Positions 1 to 8,781 of a stretch of 64,000 bases of DNA are shown one piece after another. Each line of letters starts with the position of its first letter. Within the stretch, counting starts at the first letter, position 1. The translations under genes were made by a program, and so were the position numbers. Where the stretch lies: assembly GCA_965221775.1 (NCBI GenBank), contig CBDCSU010000006.1, positions 640,001 to 704,000 on the forward strand, written 5' to 3'. A model generated the notes under the pieces. The model saw only the letters and a program-made list of their open reading frames with translations. It searched no databases and was not told the origin of the DNA. The DNA is from Candidatus Latescibacterota bacterium. Lineage in GTDB: Bacteria > Latescibacterota > UBA2968 > UBA8231.

Positions 1-156
1 ACCTGGATCGTCGCCCACCGGGCTCTGCCCCCGGCGCTCTACGCCCTCGAAGGCCACTTCATCGACCCGGGTAGGGACCCGTCCTGCTGCTACCTGCGCG
101 TCACCCAGGACAACGGCCAGATGGCCTGGAGCAGCCCCGTCTGGTTCGAGGACTGA
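1..156 (+). CDS. 3' end of a DUF3604/CehA-McbA-like metallohydrolase (partial)
   Basis: Reads YLRVTQDNGQMAWSSPVWFED*; the AWSSP tail is typical of this family. Confidence 0.6.
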   Translation, partial: TWIVAHRALPPALYALEGHFIDPGRDPSCCYLRVTQDNGQMAWSSPVWFED

Positions 157-180
157 CGGGCCGGGCCTCCGCCGCCGCGT

Positions 181-2694
181 CTACAGCCCGAACCAGCGGT
201 TGAGCTTGATCAGGAAGATGCTGTCGCCGTCGTCGGCGAAGGCGCGGGTCAGGTCGCCGGCGGGCCGGAACTCGGGGTCCGCCCCGTCGAAGTCGTGGTC
301 CCGGCTCTGCTGCCACACGGCGAAGAGGGTGCTGCCGGGCCGGTACTCCCAGCGCAGCACCAGGTTGGACCGCAGGGCGCGGCGGTGGAAGTCGGGGTTG
401 TCCTCGAGGCCGGCGTAGGGGCGGAACTCGTACGAGCGCGGGCGCGCCAGCTCCTTGATGGCGCCGTAGTCGCCGACGCTCACGAAGGGCTGCATGTAGA
501 GCTGCAGGCTCAGGGCCGGCGTGAAGGCCCAGTCGCCGCGCAGGCCGATCTCGAGGACGCGGCTCTCCAGCTCGCCGAAGATGAAGCGGTCGTCCTCGCC
601 GTCGCCGTCGTCGTCGGCGTTCTCCACCCACTGGGCGAAGTCGCGGTTGTAGCCGTATCCCGGCCCGATCTCCAGAGACAGCCGCGACAGGGGGCGCAGC
701 TCGAGATTGAACCCCACCCACGATCCCAGGTTGTCGCCGCCCCGGCCCCACCTGAGGTTCGACCAGAGCCGGCCGCTCACCGGCTTGCGGTCGTCGGCCC
801 ACACGTTCATGCCGATCCAGGTGCTCGCCGGCGAGAGCATCAGGGGGCCGCCCCGGGTGGCCAGGTCGTCGACGGCGTCGAGGTTGTGGCTGACGCCCAT
901 CCAGAACCCCCAGTAGTTGTGCAGGTTGTTCCAGGAATTGAAGTTGACGCCCCGCGCCAGACGCTCGCCGGCGAAGTTCCAGTGGTTCCAGAAGTTGAGG
1001 TTGAACCCGGACCTGCGGGCCAGCCACCAGGGATCGAGCTTCTGGTGATAGACGTGGACGCCGGCCTGCACGCGGTCGTTGCGCCGCATGTAGCCCAGGT
1101 CGTTGGCCTCGAAGCCGGGCGACTGGGCGTCCATGTAGGCCTGACCGCCAAAGGCGCCTCCCGACTTCTGGAAGTAGAGGGCCCCCTCCCAGCCGCTGTC
1201 CCGCTCGTCCTCCTGCCCGGCGCGGCTGGCGGCGAAGCGGGTGTAGATCCGGTAGTCGTTGTCCCGCCACTTCACGTGCACGTCCCCGGCGCCGACGTAG
1301 GCCGGCTCGAAGCCGCGGCCGTTGACCGCGGTGAGCTGGGCGCCGGCGGTGGAGTTGGTGAGCAGGTCCTGCTGCACGCGGCCGATGAAGTAGTTGGTGA
1401 GGGGCTCGACCTCGACGCGGCGGCGCACGGTGTCGGCGAGGCCCGTCTCCGCGCCGGTGAGGCGCTGGTCGACGAGGGCCCGCTCGCGGCCGGTGACCGC
1501 GTTGAGGAGACCGAAGGCGGTGCGGCCGGCGGTCTTTCCCGAGATCTTGGCGGCGCCGAGGATGGTGGTGTTGTCGGGACGCTCGACCTCGTCGCTGTCG
1601 TCGGGCAGGTCGAAGCGGGAGGGAGACCGGCCGATTCGCCGCGAGTGGAACAGGGTGGAGGGCTTGCCGATGCCGACGATGAACGGCCCGGGCGACTCGA
1701 AGATCTGGTTGCCCTCGAGGAAGAAGGGCCGGCGCTCGCGGAGGAAGGTCTCGAAGACCCCCAGGTTGAGCACCGCCGGGTCTCCCTCGACCTGGCCGAA
1801 GTCCGGGTTGACGGTGGCGTTGACGGAGATGTTCGACGACAGGCCGTAGCGCAGGTCGACGCCGGCCGAGGAGAACAGGTCGTTGCCGCCGTCGCCCTGC
1901 GACAGGGTGCCGCGGCCCAGGGCGAAGGGCAGGACCTCGACGCTGCGCTGCGGCCGGATGCCCTCGATCCCCTCCAGGTGTCCGAAGCGCGAGGCGTAGC
2001 CGTTGACCCCCCGGGGCGTGAAGCTCCACGCCGCCCACTCGGCGCGGCGCGAGACCTTGCGGAAGACGTTGATCCCCCAAGTGTAGGTCTCCTTCTCGCC
2101 GAAGCGCAGGACGTGGTAGGGGATCTTCAGCTCCAGGCTCCAGCCGTCGGCGCGCATCGCCGTGGCCACCTCGGCGACACTGTCCCAGCCCTCGTCGTAC
2201 TCCTCGTCGTCGAAGAGGATCCCGTCGCTGATCCAGCCCGAAGGCCCCACGGTGAACCAGACCCCGGTCTGGTGGTCGTGGTGGGGGTCGAGGCTGACCT
2301 CGAAGAAGTCGCGCTCGCGCCACTCGTCGCGCCGCGCCAGCCGGGCGGTGACGCTGTCGGGATCGTCGTGGCAGACCCCGGCGATGTAGAGAGCGTCGTC
2401 GTCGTAGGCCACCTGGAAGGTGGTGCGCACCGACGCCGGCTCGCCGTTGTCCGGGTCGCTCTGGGTGAACCCCTCGTGCACCGGGGCGCGCAGCCAGATC
2501 TCCTCGTCGAGGACCCCGTCGAGGCGCGGCGGCGTCTCGGCGCGCAGGGCGCGGGCGGTCCGCTGCGGATGGGCCAGCCAGCGCTCCATGCGGGCGTCGC
2601 TGGTGTCGGCGTGAGAGGGCTGTTCGTCGGCGCCGGCGCCGGCCGCCCCTGCGAGGAGAAGCGCGGCGGCCAGGGCCGCAATCGATCGGTGCAT
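181..2694 (-). CDS. Secreted/outer-membrane protein, CBM9-like domain plus DUF5916
   Basis: Signal peptide; LDGVLDE..W; WSLELKIP; TVNPDFGQVEGD; ERRPFFLEG; LFHSRRIG; beta-signal-like C-terminus. Confidence 0.85.
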   Translation of the reverse strand: MHRSIAALAAALLLAGAAGAGADEQPSHADTSDARMERWLAHPQRTARALRAETPPRLDGVLDEEIWLRAPVHEGFTQSDPDNGEPASVRTTFQVAYDDDALYIAGVCHDDPDSVTARLARRDEWRERDFFEVSLDPHHDHQTGVWFTVGPSGWISDGILFDDEEYDEGWDSVAEVATAMRADGWSLELKIPYHVLRFGEKETYTWGINVFRKVSRRAEWAAWSFTPRGVNGYASRFGHLEGIEGIRPQRSVEVLPFALGRGTLSQGDGGNDLFSSAGVDLRYGLSSNISVNATVNPDFGQVEGDPAVLNLGVFETFLRERRPFFLEGNQIFESPGPFIVGIGKPSTLFHSRRIGRSPSRFDLPDDSDEVERPDNTTILGAAKISGKTAGRTAFGLLNAVTGRERALVDQRLTGAETGLADTVRRRVEVEPLTNYFIGRVQQDLLTNSTAGAQLTAVNGRGFEPAYVGAGDVHVKWRDNDYRIYTRFAASRAGQEDERDSGWEGALYFQKSGGAFGGQAYMDAQSPGFEANDLGYMRRNDRVQAGVHVYHQKLDPWWLARRSGFNLNFWNHWNFAGERLARGVNFNSWNNLHNYWGFWMGVSHNLDAVDDLATRGGPLMLSPASTWIGMNVWADDRKPVSGRLWSNLRWGRGGDNLGSWVGFNLELRPLSRLSLEIGPGYGYNRDFAQWVENADDDGDGEDDRFIFGELESRVLEIGLRGDWAFTPALSLQLYMQPFVSVGDYGAIKELARPRSYEFRPYAGLEDNPDFHRRALRSNLVLRWEYRPGSTLFAVWQQSRDHDFDGADPEFRPAGDLTRAFADDGDSIFLIKLNRWFGL

Positions 2695-2791
2695 CGCCGT
2701 CCTGCGGGTTGATGATGTGGGTGTGGCGAGGGACGGATCGAAGCTGACCGGAGCCCTGAAACAGTGTCAACACATCCCGGGGCTGTTTTCA

Positions 2792-2805
2792 TGCAAACGC
2801 TGGCA
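2792..2805. promoter_or_regulatory. LacI-type operator candidate
   Basis: TGCAAACGCTGGCA; its reverse complement matches the site at 40108 at 13/14 positions. Confidence 0.55.
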
Positions 2806-2907
2806 GAGTGCAGCCGGGAGAGTGGTTGGACCATGCGGTGACGCCGGAGCTCATGGCCGATGACGGGCGGGACCGCCCGGGGTGTTGCACTGGCCTGGGC
2901 GGTGATT

Positions 2908-3115
2908 GCGCGATGAACGGAAGAGACGCGGAGCCCTGAGGCTGTTGCGCTGAGGGGCTGCCGGTGCTGAGTCGCTGTGCCGCTGAGTCGCTGAGCGGCT
3001 TGACCGGACGTTAGGTTGTCAATCCCCTGAGACCGCGTTTCAGTGCGGGTCGATCCTGGGCTATGCGCCGTCGCCGGCGCAGTCGCGCTTGCTCCCCTGT
3101 CTCTCCCGTCCGCGC
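2908..3115 (-). ncRNA. Putative structured RNA with an internal CAGC repeat array, downstream of the DIP1984-family gene
   Basis: Closing stem 3115-3091 pairs with 2934-2908; GCGA tetraloop hairpin at 3064-3081; repeat array at 2936-2998. Confidence 0.65.
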
Positions 3116-3120
3116 CGTCC

Positions 3121-3654
3121 CTACCGCTCGTCTGCGTACTCCACCTCGACCTCGAAGGAGGCGGCGCGCAGCCGCCGGTTGAGCCGGCGGAACTCGACCC
3201 GCGCCTCGTCCAGGCGGACGCGGCAGTCCTCGTAGGGCAGCTCGTTCTCCTCGACGATGTCCCGCTCCTCCTTGTGGAAGATGCGCTCGTACGCCGAGTC
3301 CACGACCTGCGTGTGCAGCTCCCCCAGGCGCTCGTTGAGCGCTTTGCGCGTCTCCAGCGCCTCGGTGAGGCTCAGGTCATCGCCCTCGTGCTCAAGACGG
3401 TGCTCGAAATTGGCCCGCTGGATCGCCGCGTTCAGCTTGCGCCGCTTGTACTCCAGGGCGCGCAGCTGCTCCCGGGCCTTGGAGACGCTGAAACCGGGAG
3501 CCGGCCGGCGCGAGGAGTCGCTGTCCCGGGAGAACAGGCCGCGGTTCTGGCGCGACTCGGGCAGGCAGTCCCGAAGGGTCTTGATGCGGGCATCGTACTC
3601 GCCGCGCAGTTCCAGGGCTTCGTAGAGCCGGACGGTCTTTCGGGCTTCGGTCAT
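3121..3654 (-). CDS. DIP1984/DUF6847-family coiled-coil protein
   Basis: N-terminal LxEALxLR, KLNAAIQRAN, a second LTEAL repeat, C-terminal AASFEVEV; strong SD (GGAGG). Confidence 0.75.
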   Translation of the reverse strand: MTEARKTVRLYEALELRGEYDARIKTLRDCLPESRQNRGLFSRDSDSSRRPAPGFSVSKAREQLRALEYKRRKLNAAIQRANFEHRLEHEGDDLSLTEALETRKALNERLGELHTQVVDSAYERIFHKEERDIVEENELPYEDCRVRLDEARVEFRRLNRRLRAASFEVEVEYADER

Positions 3655-3736
3655 CCCTCGCCTCCTTCCTCTGCGTCAGCGGGAGGAGTCGAAGGTCGAG
3701 GGGGGTCAGAACAGTGGCAAGGGGGGTGGGGAAGGG

Positions 3737-4113
3737 CTATCCAGGGTGAGGTATGCCACCCCCGGAGCATTCCCCCAACCACTCCTGGATCGTCGTCTTG
3801 ATCCACTCCCACTCGGCGTCTTCCAACATGCGAGACATCGGTTCCTCGTCGGCGTCGTCGAAGAAGCTGAGGTTCTGGCGATGGCGCACAGCTTCATGGC
3901 CGACAGGTCGGCCAAGGATGCTACCGGGCTGGGTCCCTCGGGCCAGTCTTCGAACGGACCAAGAAAGTCGAGATCGACGGAGAGCCGGTGGCCGAGGTGA
4001 AGGGCCACGGCAGTGCCGCCTGCCAGGTAGAACCCCTCCTCGGACAGTGGCGGCCCCAGTTGTCCGAGGACCTCCCTTTGTGCGGGAGACAGGCATTCAG
4101 GGTGCCAGTTCAA
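3737..4113 (-). pseudogene. AbiEii-family nucleotidyltransferase toxin, internally deleted and frameshifted
   Basis: FYLAGGTAVALHLGHRLSVDLDF and DLSAMKLCAI in one frame, LSFFDDADEEPM..W tail in another; only ~125 codons in total. Confidence 0.8.
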
Positions 4114-4481
4114 GCCCGCGTCCTCCGCCCCCAGACCCCCGCCCGCGCCGCCCGCACCCACTCCTCCACCTGGTCCGCCGGCAGATCGAGGATCAGCTCC
4201 CAGAACCGGATCCGCTTGGCGTCCAAGCCGCGGCACCGGCGCCGGATCAGCCACTGGCGCAACTGGTCCGGCTCGACCCGCTCGCGCAGCCAGGTCACCG
4301 AGTCCCAGTCGCCGGCGCCCAAGATGCGGGCGATGACGAAGTCGCGGTCGGCGGGCCAGGAGAGGTCCTCGAAGCGGTGGTCCCAGAACAGGTCCCGCAT
4401 CGACTCGGGCAGTCCCGCCTCCGGCTCCTGGTCCCGGCCGGCGGACGCAGGCGGTCCAGCGTGTGGGTCAGCCGTCCCCAC
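4110..4481 (-). CDS. DUF6922-like antitoxin partner of AbiEii
   Basis: LFWD..DL...DFVIARIL.GDW motif; stop overlaps the AbiEii start. Confidence 0.75.
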   Translation of the reverse strand: MGTADPHAGPPASAGRDQEPEAGLPESMRDLFWDHRFEDLSWPADRDFVIARILGAGDWDSVTWLRERVEPDQLRQWLIRRRCRGLDAKRIRFWELILDLPADQVEEWVRAARAGVWGRRTRA

Positions 4482-4647
4482 TCCGCTCGGTGAGCGCGGC
4501 CGCCGCCGCCTTGCGGAGAAAGCCCACGGCCCCGGGGCTGGCGGCCAGGGCCCCGGCGACCTCGGCAGGCACTTTGCGGGAGAGCGCGAGGAGGGGCTCG
4601 GAGGGGACGGACAGGAACCGGCAGATGCGCTCGATGGTGACGGTCAT
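4468..4647 (-). pseudogene. Remnant of an XRE-family regulator (HTH missing)
   Basis: TIERICRFLSVPSEPLLALSRKVP resembles the post-HTH segment of XRE proteins. Confidence 0.4.
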
Positions 4648-4765
4648 TCTCTTAATGGCGAGGTGTGTTGAGTTGTAAGTCAACTCCACGCCTGGACTAG
4701 GCAGAATTGCCCAGGGAGGGACGCCCACCAAGACGCCCCCGCCAAGACGTCACCCCGGCCCGCCG

Positions 4766-6526
4766 TCACTCCCGCACCGCCAAGTGAAGCTCCCGGAGCT
4801 GCTCGGCGGACACCTCCCCCGGGGCGCCCATGAGCGGGTCCTGCGCATGCTGGTTCATGGGGAAGGCGATCACCTCCCGGATGTTCGGTTCGTCCGCCAG
4901 CAGCATGACGATGCGGTCGATGCCGGGGGCGATGCCGCCGTGGGGAGGGGCGCCGAAGCGCAGGGCGCGGATCATGCAGCCAAACCGGCGCTCCACCTCC
5001 TGCCGCGGGTACCCGGCGATCTCGAAGGCCTTGTACATGATGTCGGGCCGGTGGTTGCGGATGGCGCCGCTCGACAGCTCGACGCCGTTGCAGACGATGT
5101 CGTACTGGTACGCCTTGATCTCCAGCGGCGGCTGCGTCTCCAGGGCCTCCATCCCGCCCTGCGGCATGGAGAAGGGGTTGTGCGAGAAGGCGGCATGGTC
5201 CCGCTCCTGGTCCCACTCGTACATCGGGAAGTCGACGATCCAGCAGAACTCGTAGCATCCCTGCCGCCGCAGTTCGAGCCGGTCCGCCAGATGCAGGCGC
5301 AGCCGTCCCGCCAGGGTCGCCGCCTCGTCCGGAGGTCCGGCGATGAGGAGGATCGCCGACCCCGGCTCGGGCGAGCACTCCTCGGCGATGCGTGCGATCG
5401 TGCTCTCTTCCAGGGCCGCGGCGATCGATCCGGTGGCCCGGCCCCCGGGGATGAGCCAGGCCAGCCCCTGGCCGCCGGACTCTCTGACGAAGTCCTCGAG
5501 ACCGTCGAAGAACGAGCGCGGACGGACCTCGAGACCGGGCACGCACAGGGCGCGGACGACCCCACCTTCGGCGACGATCTCCCGAAACAGCCGGAACGAG
5601 GAATCCGCGAAAATGTGTGACAGGTCCCGGATCTCGAGCCCGAAGCGCAGGTCCGGCTTGTCCGTGCCGAAGCGCAGCATGGCCTCGGCGTGCGAGAAGC
5701 GCGGAAAGGGCTTCCCGGTCACCTGCCAGTCGCTGAACTCGTGGAACAGACCGGAGAACAGCTCCTCCACGACAGCGAAGATGTCCTCCTGCTCGACGAA
5801 GGCCATCTCCATGTCGCACTGGTAGTGTTCCCCGGGGGAGCGGTCGGCGCGGGCATCCTCGTCGCGGAAGCAGGGCGCGATCTGGAAGTAGCGGTCGAAG
5901 CCGGAAACCATCAGCAGCTGCTTGAACTGCTGCGGCGACTGCGGCAGCGCGTAGAAGCGGCCGGGGTAGAGCCGGCTCGGCACGAGGTAGTCGCGGGCGC
6001 CCTCGGGCGAGCTGCTGGTGAGCACGGGCGTCTGGAACTCGGTGAAGCCCATCTCCGACATGCGCCGCCGGATGCTGGTGATCACCTCCGAGCGCAACTG
6101 GATACGCCGGTGCAGCCCTTCCCGGCGCAGGTCCAGAAAGCGATAGGACAAGCGCATGCTCTCCCCCGTCTCGGCCTCTTCCGCCACCGAAAAGGGGAGC
6201 GGCTCCGCCGGCGACAGCACTTCCATCTCCCCCACGGCGACTTCCACCTCTCCCGTCTCCATCGCCCGGTTGATGGACTCTGGCGAACGCTCCCTCACCT
6301 CTCCCTCGACGCGGACCACCGACTCGCGGGGGACCCTGGCCGCGGTGGCCGCGGAGTCGTTCTCCGGCGAGACCACGAGCTGGGTGAGGCCGTAGTGGTC
6401 GCGCAGGTCGAGGAACAGCACGCCCCCGTGGTCCCTTCGGCGGTGTATCCAGCCGCTCAGGCGAACGCTCCGGCCGGCATGGCGCCGGCGGAGCTCGCCG
6501 CAGGTGTGAGTGCGATAGCGGTGCAT
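4766..6526 (-). CDS. aspS: Aspartate-tRNA(Asp/Asn) ligase, probably non-discriminating
   Basis: [15 protein letters not shown] (His typical of non-discriminating enzymes), [38 protein letters not shown]. Confidence 0.97.
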   Translation of the reverse strand: MHRYRTHTCGELRRRHAGRSVRLSGWIHRRRDHGGVLFLDLRDHYGLTQLVVSPENDSAATAARVPRESVVRVEGEVRERSPESINRAMETGEVEVAVGEMEVLSPAEPLPFSVAEEAETGESMRLSYRFLDLRREGLHRRIQLRSEVITSIRRRMSEMGFTEFQTPVLTSSSPEGARDYLVPSRLYPGRFYALPQSPQQFKQLLMVSGFDRYFQIAPCFRDEDARADRSPGEHYQCDMEMAFVEQEDIFAVVEELFSGLFHEFSDWQVTGKPFPRFSHAEAMLRFGTDKPDLRFGLEIRDLSHIFADSSFRLFREIVAEGGVVRALCVPGLEVRPRSFFDGLEDFVRESGGQGLAWLIPGGRATGSIAAALEESTIARIAEECSPEPGSAILLIAGPPDEAATLAGRLRLHLADRLELRRQGCYEFCWIVDFPMYEWDQERDHAAFSHNPFSMPQGGMEALETQPPLEIKAYQYDIVCNGVELSSGAIRNHRPDIMYKAFEIAGYPRQEVERRFGCMIRALRFGAPPHGGIAPGIDRIVMLLADEPNIREVIAFPMNQHAQDPLMGAPGEVSAEQLRELHLAVRE

Positions 6527-6560
6527 GGCAGTGCTTCTCCCAGGTTGTCGGACGGGCACG

Positions 6561-6593
6561 AAAAAACCCGCCGCGATGCGTGTTCGCGACGGG
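6561..6593 (-). terminator. Intrinsic terminator of the aspS attenuator
   Basis: CCCGUCGCGA-ACACGCA-UCGCGGCGGG-UUUUUU, ending ~35 nt before the aspS start. Confidence 0.85.
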
Positions 6594-6627
6594 TCGGGAT
6601 CTCCAGGATCGGAGTTGGAGCGGGTCG

Positions 6628-6720
6628 TCAGAACACGCGCAATGGGGCGGGCGGATTGTTATCGCCCGGGTTGGCCGGATTGTTGTGCGTGCAGGCGTTC
6701 TGACGGGTCATCATGATCAT
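6628..6720 (-). CDS. Asn-rich leader peptide [30 protein letters not shown]
   Basis: Translated by hand: 6 Asn + 1 Asp in 30 aa; lies between a promoter and the terminator; true start may be the ATG at 6714 or 6711. Confidence 0.8.
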   Translation of the reverse strand: MIMMTRQNACTHNNPANPGDNNPPAPLRVF

Positions 6721-6723
6721 TCG

Positions 6724-6752
6724 AGTGTAAGGAGGGAGCCGGACTTCGTCAA
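6724..6752 (-). promoter_or_regulatory. Sigma70 promoter for leader-aspS
   Basis: TTGACG(6752-6747)-N17-TACACT(6729-6724). Confidence 0.8.
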
Positions 6753-7135
6753 TCAGGCTCCTTCAAGTGCCCCCGAACCTGTTCAAGCAAGGCCTCCACA
6801 AGGGCGAGCGCGGCCTTGCGATCGATCGGTTCGGCACCCGGGTCGAGACCCCCGTACCGGAACTCGACGGCATACGGCGTGTACAATGTCAACTCTCGGT
6901 GAGCCTCCACGTCGACATCGCGCCCGGCGAGCAGATTCACCAGGGTCTCGAGATTGTGGGTCAACGGATAGGTTTCGCCCAGCAGTGCGAGCCAGGCCTT
7001 GAAGGACTTCTCAGCCGCTTGCTGAAGGTGGAATCCATACGACTCATCCGGTGCTCCCGCCGTCATGTTCCGGAGCGTGAGGACATCGCGTTCAGCCGCT
7101 CCGAGCAGCATCCGCGCGCACTTAGGGTCGCTCAT
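6749..7135 (-). CDS. HEPN-domain toxin
   Basis: GFHLQQAAEKSFKA, YPLTHNL, YAVEFRY. Confidence 0.9.
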   Translation of the reverse strand: MSDPKCARMLLGAAERDVLTLRNMTAGAPDESYGFHLQQAAEKSFKAWLALLGETYPLTHNLETLVNLLAGRDVDVEAHRELTLYTPYAVEFRYGGLDPGAEPIDRKAALALVEALLEQVRGHLKEPD

Positions 7136-7457
7136 AGAGCACCTTCCCTTCCCGCAGCGCGCGCGCCAGAACGTGGTTGAGGGAGTCGCGCCAGTAGTCG
7201 ACCTCGTCCCGGGTATAGACCAGGATGTCGGCGGAGACCGGAAAGTCCGCCAGGACCTTGTAGAGTCTGACCATCTCCTTGTGCCGGCTTCGTTTCCCGT
7301 CGAAGGGCTCGGACTCGACGACCACCAGATCGACGTCCGATTCCTCCCGCTCCTCGCCACGTGCACGGGACCCGAAGAGGATGACCCTCTCGGGATCGAC
7401 TTCCTCGACAACGGCCGTGACCATCCGGCCAATGAGTGATTCCGTGACGCCGGTCAT
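7122..7457 (-). CDS. Minimal nucleotidyltransferase (MNT) antitoxin
   Basis: ILFGSRARG..SDVDL; ALREGKVLY; overlaps the HEPN gene. Confidence 0.9.
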   Translation of the reverse strand: MTGVTESLIGRMVTAVVEEVDPERVILFGSRARGEEREESDVDLVVVESEPFDGKRSRHKEMVRLYKVLADFPVSADILVYTRDEVDYWRDSLNHVLARALREGKVLYERP

Positions 7458-7593
7458 TGCTCTACCCATTCGATCGGCGCACACCGCCGATCCTCTCTCG
7501 CGGCTTAAGTTACCCCAATCAACGCAGCAATGCCCACCCTGGCCTCGCTCACCGATCCGGCCGTGGTCGGGCGCCGCCCCGGCTTCCCGCCCC

Positions 7594-8388
7594 TCACCCC
7601 CCGCCGTAGAATGCCTCGGCGTCGTGCACCGGCCGGTAGCCCATCTCGCGGCGGGCGAGGTCGATGTCGAAGATGTTGTGGGTGTTGTCCGAGACCACGA
7701 AGTAGTGGGCGCCGCTGCGCAGGGTCCCCTCCCGCCAGGCGGTGTAGCAGCAGTGGACGAAGCGCGCCGCGTCCTCCTGGTGACACCAGAGGGCGAAGTA
7801 GCCCTTCTCGGCGGTCATGGCGTTGGCGGTGTTGATGCCGCCCCAGCGGGCGGCGACGGCGCCGTGGCCGAGAGCGGCCAGCCGCTGGCACCACTGCTCC
7901 ACGTGGGCCTTCTCGCGGCCGTAGTCGTTGGTGGGGCAGGCGTCGATGAGGCTCGAGACGCGCTCCGGCGGAGGCTCCAGCTCGTCGAAGCGGCGCTCGG
8001 CCCAGACCGCCCAGGGGCCCTCGTCGACGCTGTAGGCGCCGTCGCAGGCGTGGACCGAGCTGGCGCCGATGACCATCGGCACCGGCTCCTGGGCCAGGAC
8101 CGACTCGAAGACGCGGTCGGTCATGGCGTTCATCTCGGTCAGCGAGCCCTGGCGCGCCAGGTAGACGACCAGGTCGCGGCCGGCCATCAGCTCGCGCACG
8201 CGGGCGGGCTCGGCGGCGATGTCGAGGTCGACGAACTCCTGCCTTGGCACCGGCCCGGCGGCCTTGTCCGGGGATCCCGGCAGGTCGACGGAGGTGAACC
8301 GGTAGGCGGGGTCGAGGCGCGGCAGGTAGAGGCGCAGGCCGGAGCCGATCTGGCCGCGGCCGCCGAGGAGGAGGACGTTGATGGTCAG
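7594..8388 (-). CDS. NAD-dependent epimerase/dehydratase (uronate dehydrogenase-like)
   Basis: Frame extends above the tracked start to NVLLLGGRGQIG; YGREK catalytic motif; probable CTG start. Confidence 0.8.
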   Translation of the reverse strand: MTINVLLLGGRGQIGSGLRLYLPRLDPAYRFTSVDLPGSPDKAAGPVPRQEFVDLDIAAEPARVRELMAGRDLVVYLARQGSLTEMNAMTDRVFESVLAQEPVPMVIGASSVHACDGAYSVDEGPWAVWAERRFDELEPPPERVSSLIDACPTNDYGREKAHVEQWCQRLAALGHGAVAARWGGINTANAMTAEKGYFALWCHQEDAARFVHCCYTAWREGTLRSGAHYFVVSDNTHNIFDIDLARREMGYRPVHDAEAFYGGG

Positions 8389-8428
8389 GGCGGGCCCCCT
8401 GGTGCGCTCGAGGCGGGGGCCTCGTGTG

Positions 8429-8716
8429 CTACGGCACGGGCGCCGGGGGTGCGTCGTCGGCCGGTGGCCGCCAGGGACCGATCAGGGCGCCCTCGATGCG
8501 AGCCACCCGCCGGTCCACATCGCCCACACGGCCGTCGAGGTCGCCCAGGCGGGCGTCGAGGCTGTCGATGCGCTGGGTCAGGTCAGCCCGCAGATCGGCC
8601 AGGTCGCTCCGGTGGCGTTCGTCCATCCGGTCCAGGCGGGTGTCGATGCGCCGCCACACATAGAGCACGACGGCAACGACGACGGCCGACTGCAGCCAGC
8701 TTTCCAAGGCTCCCAT
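8429..8716 (-). CDS. Small protein with N-terminal TM helix and coiled coil
   Basis: Hydrophobic N-terminus, heptads, RVARIEG end. Confidence 0.65.
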   Translation of the reverse strand: MGALESWLQSAVVVAVVLYVWRRIDTRLDRMDERHRSDLADLRADLTQRIDSLDARLGDLDGRVGDVDRRVARIEGALIGPWRPPADDAPPAPVP

Positions 8717-8781
8717 GTTGGCCGAACCTACCCGGGCCCGGAGCCGCGGTCAATGCAGGCCGCCCGACGGAAGGAGAGAGG

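Noticed and set aside
2815-2822. Alternative closing stem pairing 2815-2822 with 3101-3108
   Set aside because: Only 8 bp versus ~22 bp for the 2908-2934 pairing; at most an alternative fold.
2936-2998. CAGC array as CRISPR or a simple microsatellite
   Set aside because: Units too short for CRISPR and too variable for recent slippage; treated as part of the RNA candidate.
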